Below, piece by piece: positions 16,515-24,198 of a stretch of 45,623 nt of DNA; within the stretch, counting starts at the first letter, position 1; each line of letters begins with the position of its first letter. The translations under genes and the position numbers were made by a program. This stretch comes from Dehalococcoidia bacterium (GTDB taxonomy: Bacteria > Chloroflexota > Dehalococcoidia > E44-bin15), in the NCBI GenBank assembly GCA_014859165.1, contig JACUUT010000001.1, forward strand, positions 1 to 45,623. Direction: 5' to 3'. Below the pieces are notes generated by a model. The model did no database searches and was not told the DNA's origin. It saw nothing but the letters and a program-made list of their open reading frames with translations.

Positions 16515-17156
16515 ATGATTGCGATAATTGATTATGGTGCGGGGAATCTGCGCAGCGTAGCTAAGGCCATCGCCGGGCTGGGCTATGAAGCCAGGGTCAC
16601 CAGCAGCCCCGATGAGGTGCTCAACGCTGATGCCGTTATCCTCCCTGGTGTTGGCGCCGCCGGGGACACCATGAATAGCCTTGAGGCTTTGGGCATGGCT
16701 GACCCGATCCGTCAAGTGGTCGCCCAAAATCGACCCTTCTTTGGCGTCTGCCTCGGGCTTCAGGTTCTCTTCGGCAATTCCGAGGAGGGCGGCGGGCAGC
16801 GGTGCCTCGACCTTATCCCGGGGATGGTGAGGAGATTGCCCCCTCACCTCAAGGTTCCCCACATGGGGTGGAACCAGGTAAGCCAGAGGATGGCTCATCC
16901 CCTCTTCGAGGGGATACCCGATGGTGCCAATTTCTACTTCGTTCATAGCTATTACGCCGACCCTGAAGAAAAGGCCATCATCGCCGGGGAGACGGAATAT
17001 GGGGTCAGTTTCCCCAGCGTGATTATCAAGGGAAATCTGGTGGCTACCCAGTTTCACCCCGAAAAGAGTGGTGACCTGGGACTAAAGATGTATCATAATT
17101 TTTTGAAGTTCGGTTTAGGGGGACGATATGGAGGTCATCCCCGCCATCGACCTTAA
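16515..17156 (+). CDS. hisH: imidazole glycerol phosphate synthase, glutaminase subunit HisH
   Basis: MIAIIDYGAGNLRSVAKA...LPGVGA...FGVCLGLQ...VPHMGWN...QFHPEKS. Confidence 0.95.
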   Translation: MIAIIDYGAGNLRSVAKAIAGLGYEARVTSSPDEVLNADAVILPGVGAAGDTMNSLEALGMADPIRQVVAQNRPFFGVCLGLQVLFGNSEEGGGQRCLDLIPGMVRRLPPHLKVPHMGWNQVSQRMAHPLFEGIPDGANFYFVHSYYADPEEKAIIAGETEYGVSFPSVIIKGNLVATQFHPEKSGDLGLKMYHNFLKFGLGGRYGGHPRHRP

Positions 17157-17850
17157 GGGCGGAAGATGTGTTCGCCTCTATCAGGGCGATTATAGCAGGG
17201 AGACGGTCTTTTCAGAGGAGCCTATCGAGGTCGCCCTGCGCTGGCAATCGCTGGGGGCAAAGCGGCTTCACATCGTTGACCTCGATGGCGCTTCTAAGGG
17301 CGAGCTTTGCCATGCCTCCATTATCGAGGAAATGGCGCGCTCGGTCAAAATTCCCCTTCAGCTAGGCGGGGGGCTAAGGCGACTGGATGTGATAGAGCAA
17401 GTGCTTGAATTGGGGATAGGGCGTGCCATCCTGGGCACAACGGCTATTGAAGACCCTGACTTGATTCGAGAGGCGTGCCACAGGTTTGGCGAGGCGATCA
17501 TTGTTAGTATCGATGCCAGGGATGGCTATGTGGCGACCCATGGTTGGCGGGAGAAGACAGCGGTTACTGCCATAGAGCTATTAGAGAGCATGGCTGCCCT
17601 TGGGGTGAGGCGCTTCATCTATACCGACATTGCCCGCAACGGCACGCTCACCGAGCCCTCTTTTCGAGCTATAGCCCAGTTGGTAGGCAAAACGAATCTC
17701 CCTATCATCGCCTCCGGTGGTATCTCATCCTTGGAGCACATAAAGAAGCTGGCCCGGCTTGGCGTGGAGGGGGCGATTGTGGGACGTGCGCTCTATACGG
17801 GGGAGGTGGACTTGAAAGCGGCGCTGGCGGTGGTGGGTGGTCATGAGTAG
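17128..17850 (+). CDS. hisA: ProFAR isomerase HisA
   Basis: VIPAIDLKGGRCVRLYQGDY...HIVDLDGA...TDIARNGTL...ASGGISS. Confidence 0.95.
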   Translation: MEVIPAIDLKGGRCVRLYQGDYSRETVFSEEPIEVALRWQSLGAKRLHIVDLDGASKGELCHASIIEEMARSVKIPLQLGGGLRRLDVIEQVLELGIGRAILGTTAIEDPDLIREACHRFGEAIIVSIDARDGYVATHGWREKTAVTAIELLESMAALGVRRFIYTDIARNGTLTEPSFRAIAQLVGKTNLPIIASGGISSLEHIKKLARLGVEGAIVGRALYTGEVDLKAALAVVGGHE

Positions 17851-17862
17851 TGGAGGGACCAG

Positions 17863-18498
17863 ATGCACCCAGCCTTAATTGCCATCTTCAGTCTAATCGG
17901 TGCCTACCTCTTCTGGTGGCTTGTGGGGCTGCGAATAATGCGCAAGCTGCACCCCCGGCCTATACCTTGGCGCTGGGCTCGCTTTATAAACAACCCCCTG
18001 CGGAGACGAGCCCAAAATCCTTCAAAGACCTTGGGCCAAATGGGCTTCCGCGAGGGGATGAGGGTGCTGGAATTGGGCCCCGGCTGGGGCTTTTTGACTT
18101 TAGAGGCAGCGCGGCGGGTGGGTGATTCGGGAAGGTTATACTGCCTCGATATCGAGCCGGCCCTGATAGCCAGGCTTAAGCAGAAGACCGCAAAAGTGGG
18201 GCTGGAGAATGTGGCTCTGGTAATGGGCAATGGTGAGTGCCTCCCCTTTGCCAGTGACAGCATCGATCTCGCCTTCCTGGTCGCCGTTCTGGGTGAGATA
18301 CCGGATAAAGATGCTGCACTAAAGGAGCTAAACCGCGTGCTGTGCCCCGGTGGGGTGCTATCGATTTCAGAACTACTTCCCGACCCCGATTATCCTCTAA
18401 GGAGGACCACCATCGCTTGGGCTCGCAAAGCAGGATTTGAGCCCTTTCAGGAATTTGGCAATTTCTTTGCCTATACCGTGAACTTTCGAAAGGGGTGA
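17863..18498 (+). CDS. class I SAM-dependent methyltransferase with N-terminal TM segment
   Basis: Motif I reads VLELGPGWGFLTLEAA, followed by LDIEP and LCPGGVLSI. GGAGGG SD. It is inserted between hisA and hisF. Confidence 0.8.
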   Translation: MHPALIAIFSLIGAYLFWWLVGLRIMRKLHPRPIPWRWARFINNPLRRRAQNPSKTLGQMGFREGMRVLELGPGWGFLTLEAARRVGDSGRLYCLDIEPALIARLKQKTAKVGLENVALVMGNGECLPFASDSIDLAFLVAVLGEIPDKDAALKELNRVLCPGGVLSISELLPDPDYPLRRTTIAWARKAGFEPFQEFGNFFAYTVNFRKG

Positions 18499-18501
18499 CC
18501 T

Positions 18502-19299
18502 ATGTTGACCAAGAGAATCAACCCATGCCTTGATGTAACCGAGGGGAGGGTGGTGAAGGGAGTAAGCTTCGTCCAATTGCGGGATGCGGGCGACCCCGTG
18601 GAGCTCGCTGCCTTCTATGACAGGGAGGGCGCCGATGAGCTGGTTTTCCTTGATATAACAGCATCCTCCGATGCCCGCGACATCATGATCGATGTGGTGA
18701 AGCGCGTCTCAGAGCAGGTCTTCATCCCCCTCACTGTAGGCGGCGGCTTGAGGAATGTCGAGGACATGCGCCGCATCCTGGAGGGGGGCGCCGATAAGGT
18801 GGGCATCAACACCGCGGCAGTTCAAAACCCGGAGCTGATAAGGGAGGGAGCCACCAAATTCGGTAACCAGTGCATCGTGGTTGCCATCGATGCCAAGAGG
18901 CTGGAGAAGGAGGTCTCTTTAGAGGGGCCTCTTGCACTGGGTCCCGGCTCGAAATGGGAGGTCTACACCCATGGCGGAAGAAAGCCAACCGGGATCGATG
19001 CCCTTAAATGGGCCAAGCAGGCGGTGGCTTTAGGTGCTGGCGAGCTCCTCCTCACCAGCATGGACGCCGATGGCCATCAAACAGGCTATGATCTGGAGCT
19101 CACTCGTGCCATATCGGAGGCGGTGAAAGTTCCGGTGATCGCCAGCGGCGGCGCAGGCACCTTAGAACATCTCTATGAAGCCATCGTCATTGGCAAGGCC
19201 GATGCAGTGCTTGCTGCCAGCATCTTCCACTATGGCACCTACTCCATTCGCCAGGCAAAGGAATATCTTGCCCGGAAGGGGATAGCGGTAAGGCTTTAG
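18502..19299 (+). CDS. hisF: imidazole glycerol phosphate synthase, cyclase subunit HisF
   Basis: [17 protein letters not shown]...[10 protein letters not shown]...[13 protein letters not shown]...TVGGG...ASGGAG. Confidence 0.95.
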   Translation: MLTKRINPCLDVTEGRVVKGVSFVQLRDAGDPVELAAFYDREGADELVFLDITASSDARDIMIDVVKRVSEQVFIPLTVGGGLRNVEDMRRILEGGADKVGINTAAVQNPELIREGATKFGNQCIVVAIDAKRLEKEVSLEGPLALGPGSKWEVYTHGGRKPTGIDALKWAKQAVALGAGELLLTSMDADGHQTGYDLELTRAISEAVKVPVIASGGAGTLEHLYEAIVIGKADAVLAASIFHYGTYSIRQAKEYLARKGIAVRL

Positions 19300-19307
19300 G
19301 AGGGGTC

Positions 19308-19631
19308 ATGCTCAAGTTCGATGAAAAGGGGCTAATCGCGGCTATCATTCAGGACGCGACAAATGGCGAGGTGCTGATGTTGGGGTATATGAATGAGGAG
19401 TCGCTGAAGAGGACGCTTAATACGGGTCAGGTCTGGTTCTATAGTCGCAGTCGCCAGGAACTATGGCACAAGGGGGAGACATCGGGAAATTACCTCGATG
19501 TTCGCTCTATCTTCAAAGACTGCGATGAGGACGCCCTTTTGCTTCAAGTAGAAGCCACCGGCCCGGTATGCCACACGGGAAACAGGAGCTGTTTTTTCCG
19601 AAAGCTGGAGCAAAATGAAAAGGGGAGCTGA
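19308..19631 (+). CDS. hisI: phosphoribosyl-AMP cyclohydrolase HisI (no HisE domain)
   Basis: GLIAAIIQD...[15 protein letters not shown]...G.V.FYSRSR.ELW.KGETSGN...DCD.DALL..V...GP.CHTG..SCF. Confidence 0.95.
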   Translation: MLKFDEKGLIAAIIQDATNGEVLMLGYMNEESLKRTLNTGQVWFYSRSRQELWHKGETSGNYLDVRSIFKDCDEDALLLQVEATGPVCHTGNRSCFFRKLEQNEKGS

Positions 19632-19662
19632 ACTGCCCCCCTTTGGCTTTACATGCTTTTAT

Positions 19663-19863
19663 CTACTCCATCTTGTAGCGCCGCTTGAAGCGCTCTACCC
19701 GCCCTGCGGTGTCCACGATGCGCCGCTCCCCTGTAAAGAATGGATGACACTTGCTACAAAGCTCGACCTTCAACACCGGCTTGGTGGAGCCGGTGGTAAA
19801 GGTGTTGCCGCAGGAGCAAATCACCTGCGCTTCCTTGTATTTGGGATGGATGTCTTTCTTCAT
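19663..19863 (-). CDS. rpmE: 50S ribosomal protein L31 (Zn-ribbon type A)
   Basis: [22 protein letters not shown]...[12 protein letters not shown]. Confidence 0.95.
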   Translation of the reverse strand: MKKDIHPKYKEAQVICSCGNTFTTGSTKPVLKVELCSKCHPFFTGERRIVDTAGRVERFKRRYKME

Positions 19864-19870
19864 ATCACTC

Positions 19871-20848
19871 TTACGGAATTAGCTCAGGATAGTAGCCATC
19901 ATAGATTTGTGGCTGCGATTTAGGCTGCTCCGCCGTGACGAGCGGGTATGCATATGCCAGCGCCTCCTCCATAGAAACTCCATCCGCAGGCACGCTTCTC
20001 TCCGCTTTCCCATCGAGAATCCCCTCATCGACGAAGTAATAGCCAAAGAGGGTGTTACCAAGACGCAGATAGTCCCATGCATACTGGTCCGCTTTACAGG
20101 CGGAAGCAATAACCCTGCCCGGTGCCCGGAGGTCAACATTCAGGTCATCGAACATGCCACCGGAGTAGCATGAGCCGAAGACAAGGGCGAACTTTTGCGT
20201 CTCAAAGGCTGAGAACTTCTCCCTCAAAAGCCCGTCTGTCAAGCCGTAGAAGTCATGGCTCACTATCCCTTCATCAATTTCATCCCACTCAGCGTCAGCA
20301 TCCCAGCCTTCAGCATCGGCCACCGTAAAGCCATGCCCGCTGAAGAAGAACACCACCGTGGATTGTGCATCCTCCTTAGCTGCCAGCCAATCTATCGCTG
20401 ACAAGATGGCGTTAGCCGTGGCTTTTCTATTTAGCAGAATCTTGATGTTGTCTTTAGGGAAGCCATACTTGTTGATCAGGGCGTCCCTCATCTCCTTGGC
20501 ATCCTCATCAGGGTGCCAAAGGTCATAGCCCGTCCCCTGATAGTCGGCGATGCCGACCACCACCGCCCATTTGTTGGCGGTTGGCCCTGGGGGAGGCTTT
20601 TTAGCCTGACCTGGTGGTGTACCCTGTGGGTTGCCACCAGTGGGTGACGATTGGCCACCAGCCAAAAGTTCACTAGGTAGCTGCATGACCGGCAGGTCAT
20701 TTGGCGTTGTCTTCCCGGGGTTCCCCAGAGGCTGAACCGCTGAAGTGGCTGGCGCTGCAAACGCCACCGCGAGAGCTACAATTAGAAAAACAACTACTAA
20801 TTTCCTCACTGTAATCCCCCCTTCGGTTTGAATTCTATATTTAACCAC
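19871..20848 (-). CDS. secreted caspase-like cysteine peptidase (C14/C13-type His-Cys dyad)
   Basis: The signal peptide is [24 protein letters not shown], so the likely start is GTG 20809 with a GGGGGG SD. A Pro/Gly-rich linker follows. [12 protein letters not shown]...[10 protein letters not shown]...[13 protein letters not shown] fits the caspase/legumain-fold catalytic His and Cys. Confidence 0.75.
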   Translation of the reverse strand: MVKYRIQTEGGITVRKLVVVFLIVALAVAFAAPATSAVQPLGNPGKTTPNDLPVMQLPSELLAGGQSSPTGGNPQGTPPGQAKKPPPGPTANKWAVVVGIADYQGTGYDLWHPDEDAKEMRDALINKYGFPKDNIKILLNRKATANAILSAIDWLAAKEDAQSTVVFFFSGHGFTVADAEGWDADAEWDEIDEGIVSHDFYGLTDGLLREKFSAFETQKFALVFGSCYSGGMFDDLNVDLRAPGRVIASACKADQYAWDYLRLGNTLFGYYFVDEGILDGKAERSVPADGVSMEEALAYAYPLVTAEQPKSQPQIYDGYYPELIP

Positions 20849-20895
20849 AATATTGAAGCAATGACAAATAAACAGGCTCTACCAATGGAAGGTGA

Positions 20896-21150
20896 TTAGG
20901 CACTGTAAACGCTCACCTTCTTTCTATCCTTTGATGCCGGCTCGAACTTCACGCTGCCATCGGTGAGGGCAAAGAGGGTGTGATCCCGCCCCACGCCCAC
21001 ATTGTTGCCCGGCTTGATGCGGGTGCCCCGCTGACGAACGATGATCGTGCCCGCGCACACCTGTTCACCACCGTATCGCTTGACCCCAAGCCGCTTCGAC
21101 TGGCTGTCTCGCCCCAACCTTGAGCTGCCGCCGCCCTTTTTATGCGCCAC
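20896..21150 (-). CDS. rpmA: 50S ribosomal protein L27
   Basis: (GTG)[30 protein letters not shown]. There is no N-terminal propeptide. Confidence 0.95.
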   Translation of the reverse strand: MAHKKGGGSSRLGRDSQSKRLGVKRYGGEQVCAGTIIVRQRGTRIKPGNNVGVGRDHTLFALTDGSVKFEPASKDRKKVSVYSA

Positions 21151-21239
21151 TTTTTCGCCCTCTTCCTTGCTTTTCGATAAAAAAATGCCTTCGTAAAGAT
21201 TTAGGCTGGATTTCCACCTCGCTCATTTCACTACTCATG

Positions 21240-21551
21240 TTAGCACACTATCTCTTTTATGGCAAGCCTGGTATGGATTTGGCGGTGCCCTCTCATCCTG
21301 CGATAGCGCACCTTCGGCTTGTATTTGAAGACAATGACCTTCTTCCCTTTCCCCTCGCCGAGGACCTCAGCGATGACCTTAGCCCCCTCAACGGCCGGCG
21401 TGCCTACCCTTACCCTCTCCCCATCGGCGATAAGCAATACCTGATCCAGCTCAATGGTGCTCCCTTCCTCTGCCGGCAGGCGCTCCACATCGATGGTCTC
21501 CCCCGGGGAGACCTTATACTGCTTTCCTCCTGTTTGAACTATGGCGTAAAT
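21240..21551 (-). CDS. rplU: 50S ribosomal protein L21, apparently initiated at ATT
   Basis: The conserved N-terminus (I)[24 protein letters not shown] lies upstream of the track's GTG start (21488). The only plausible start is ATT at 21551..21549, with AAAGGAGG 8 nt upstream. That gives 103 aa, the canonical L21 length. Confidence 0.85.
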   Translation of the reverse strand: MYAIVQTGGKQYKVSPGETIDVERLPAEEGSTIELDQVLLIADGERVRVGTPAVEGAKVIAEVLGEGKGKKVIVFKYKPKVRYRRMRGHRQIHTRLAIKEIVC

Positions 21552-21581
21552 CCTGCTTTCCTCCTTTAATTTGCATTCATA

Positions 21582-22001
21582 TCAGGGATAGACGCCGCCA
21601 AACCCTTCGCCATCCTTGCCATCGCAGTCGGTACACGAGTAATCGCAGTCAGCGGCAGTGCAGACCCCATAAACAGTCCCCAACGGGTACTGAGCAGTTT
21701 GGAAATTATCGCCTTCGTCAACGTACCAAGTGTAGCTGCCATCGCAGGTGCTTACAGAGCAATTAGTGGCGCTCGCTGACTCGGGTATCGAATTCAAATA
21801 GGGAAGCCCTCCCCCAGGTGGGCTTATCAGCTTGTCCATGTCGATTGGATTGCCCGCGTCGCCATTAGCATCCACCGTCGGCCACGCGCCGTAGTCGACA
21901 TAGTAGGCGAGCACCGCCGTCTGAATACTATCCCCGTCTGCATTATACGTAGCCTCGTGCTCCGAGTCTGGTCCCATCACGCCGCCGACGATGACGATCA
22001 C
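21582..22001 (-). CDS. Cys-rich secreted/anchored protein with pilin-like N-terminal region (hypothetical)
   Basis: 139-aa ORF. SIQTAVLAYYVDYGAWPT resembles the segment that follows the N-terminal helix in type IV pilin/pseudopilin folds. It has 8 Cys in its C-terminal half. The N-terminal anchor is incomplete at the annotated GTG (see findings). Confidence 0.5.
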   Translation of the reverse strand: MIVIVGGVMGPDSEHEATYNADGDSIQTAVLAYYVDYGAWPTVDANGDAGNPIDMDKLISPPGGGLPYLNSIPESASATNCSVSTCDGSYTWYVDEGDNFQTAQYPLGTVYGVCTAADCDYSCTDCDGKDGEGFGGVYP

Positions 22002-22240
22002 AATGACAGCGAGGATAGCAAGCCGTAGAAGACCGTATCTATTATGCCGATCACCAAGCCGGCGGTTGCTATCCCTTCGCCTCCCAGCTCTGGGTTTTCT
22101 CGGATCTTCCTCCTAGCTCCCACTCCAAGGGCTATCGCGATGGGGCCGAGGACAATTCCGAGAATAAAGAAACCGACAATAGCGCACACCAGCGACGCTA
22201 TTGCTCGCCCTGGTGTAGTCCTGGCCCTCTTCGCTTCCAT
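21998..22240 (-). CDS. DUF4190-like small two-TM membrane protein
   Basis: SLVCAIVGFFILGIVLGPIAIALGVGARRKI...GEGIATAGLVIGII matches the DUF4190 pattern. The best start is ATG 22240, preceded by GGGGGTGA; the track start is 22276. Confidence 0.65.
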   Translation of the reverse strand: MEAKRARTTPGRAIASLVCAIVGFFILGIVLGPIAIALGVGARRKIRENPELGGEGIATAGLVIGIIDTVFYGLLSSLSL

Positions 22241-22266
22241 TTCACCCCCTTTTACTGCTGGGAGAA

Positions 22267-22317
22267 ATTCTACCATTTCCTTCCCAGGATGTCAAAAGGG
22301 CAAAGCTTTGTTATAAT
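22267..22317. promoter_or_regulatory. back-to-back divergent promoters
   Basis: Minus strand: TTGACA (22295..22290)-N17-TAGAAT (22272..22267), driving the DUF4190 operon. Plus strand: ATGTCA-N17-(TG)TTATAAT (22312..22317), only 9 nt before the radical SAM ATG. Confidence 0.55.
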
Positions 22318-22326
22318 GGGAGCGCT

Positions 22327-24198
22327 ATGGTCTATCTAGATCGCATTCTGCCCAGAGTTGTGAGGCCTGCCCGCTATACCGGGGGCGAGTGGAACAGCAT
22401 CACCAAGGACTGGGATGCCATCGATGTCAAGTTGGCGCTCGCTTACCCAGACCTCTATGAAATCGGTATGTCCAACCTGGGGCTATCCATCCTTTACGAC
22501 CTGGTCAATAGACAGCCCAAGGCCCTTGCTGAGCGTGTCTATGCCCCTTGGGTCGATATGGATGCGGAGATGAGGAAAGCCTCCATCCCCCTCTTCAGCC
22601 TGGAATCAAAGCGCCCCCTGAGGGAATTCGACATCATTGGCTTCTCCCTGAGCTATGAGCTCACTTGCACCAATGTGCTCAATATGCTTGACCTGGCCGG
22701 GATACCGGTGCTTGCCTCCCAGCGAGATGATTCCCACCCCTTGATCATCGCCGGTGGTAGTTGTGCCCTCAATGCCGAGCCCATGGCCGAGTTTATCGAC
22801 CTCTTCGTCCTTGGCGAGGGAGAGGAGGTTCTCTTAGAATTACTGGAAGCCTTTCGCCGGTGGAAGTTTGACGGCTCCCACGGGAAACAAGAGCTATTGC
22901 GAGAATTGGCGCTTATTCCCGGCGTCTATGTGCCTACTCTATATCAGGTTGACTATCATGGTGATGGCACCGTTTCCCAAATAATGCCTGTATCCCCGGA
23001 AGTGAGCCCAAGCGTCAGGCGACGCATCCTTATGAAGCTGCCCCCGGTGGTGACCAAGCCGGTGGTTCCTTTTGTTGAGACTATTCACGACCGGGCAGCG
23101 ATCGAGATCCAGCGGGGTTGCACCAGGGGCTGTCGCTTCTGCCAGGCTGGCATCATCTATCGCCCGCTCAGGGAGCGCCCCAAAGAGGAGGTGCTGGAGG
23201 CTGTGGACGAATTGCTCGGAAATTGTGGCTATAATGAGCTTTCCCTGCTCTCTTTGAGCACCAGCGACTATTCAGATATTGAGAGCCTGGTTAGCACACT
23301 ATCAGCGCGGTATCGAGAGCATTACCTCAAGCTATCGCTGCCCAGCCTGCGCATCGATAGCTTCTCGGTAAGGTTGATGGATTGCGTTATCTCTGGGAAG
23401 AAGGCAGGATTGACCTTTGCCCCTGAAGCGGGCAGCGAGCGACTTCGCCGCGTGATCAACAAGAGCGTTTCCGAGGAGGAGTTGCTCCGAACTTTGAAGG
23501 TGGCTGCGGAGAGGGGCTGGAGCAGCGTTAAGCTTTATTTCATGCTCGGCCTGCCCACGGAGGCTCCCGATGATATAGAAAGCATCGTTCATCTGGTGCG
23601 CCAGATTTGTCATGCGGGGAGAAAACCCGGAGGGAAAGCGCTTCATCTACGGGTGAGCGCCTCAGCCTTTGTGCCCAAGGCGCACACCCCCTTTCAATGG
23701 GTGGCCCAGAGCACTGAAGAGGAGCTAAATGCTAAGGTTGAAGTGCTCAGGCTTGGCTTGAAAAGGTTGGGGGTGCGTCTATCGTGGCAAGACCCCAGAA
23801 TAAGCCTGCTTGAAGGGGTGCTGGCACGGGGCGACCGCCGTCTCTGGAAGGTGATATATCGTGCCTGGCGGCCGACAGGTCGAGCCGAGCCTTCGGCTCA
23901 ACAGGGCTCGACCTTCGATGCCTGGAGCGAATATTTCGAATATGAAAGATGGGGCCGAGCCTTTGATGAATGTGGGCTCGCCCCCTCTTTCTACGCTAAC
24001 CGCCAGCGCCCTTTGGATGAAACACTCCCCTGGGCTCACATCGATGTTGGCGTCGACCCTGCCTTCTTGAAAAGGGAATACCAGAATACTTTTAGCGGCG
24101 CAGAAACCGAAGACTGCCGCTTAGGTCGCTGCGCCGCGTGCGGGCTTGAGCGCTGGCACCCCGCTTGCCAAAGAAGCTCTTATAACCCTTCTTCGTAG
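22327..24198 (+). CDS. B12-binding-domain radical SAM protein (TIGR03960-like family)
   Basis: The N-terminus reads LPRVVRPARYTGGEWN...LAYPDLYEIGMSNLGLSILY and the radical SAM core reads EIQRGCTRGCRFCQAG. 623 aa. Confidence 0.8.
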   Translation: MVYLDRILPRVVRPARYTGGEWNSITKDWDAIDVKLALAYPDLYEIGMSNLGLSILYDLVNRQPKALAERVYAPWVDMDAEMRKASIPLFSLESKRPLREFDIIGFSLSYELTCTNVLNMLDLAGIPVLASQRDDSHPLIIAGGSCALNAEPMAEFIDLFVLGEGEEVLLELLEAFRRWKFDGSHGKQELLRELALIPGVYVPTLYQVDYHGDGTVSQIMPVSPEVSPSVRRRILMKLPPVVTKPVVPFVETIHDRAAIEIQRGCTRGCRFCQAGIIYRPLRERPKEEVLEAVDELLGNCGYNELSLLSLSTSDYSDIESLVSTLSARYREHYLKLSLPSLRIDSFSVRLMDCVISGKKAGLTFAPEAGSERLRRVINKSVSEEELLRTLKVAAERGWSSVKLYFMLGLPTEAPDDIESIVHLVRQICHAGRKPGGKALHLRVSASAFVPKAHTPFQWVAQSTEEELNAKVEVLRLGLKRLGVRLSWQDPRISLLEGVLARGDRRLWKVIYRAWRPTGRAEPSAQQGSTFDAWSEYFEYERWGRAFDECGLAPSFYANRQRPLDETLPWAHIDVGVDPAFLKREYQNTFSGAETEDCRLGRCAACGLERWHPACQRSSYNPSS

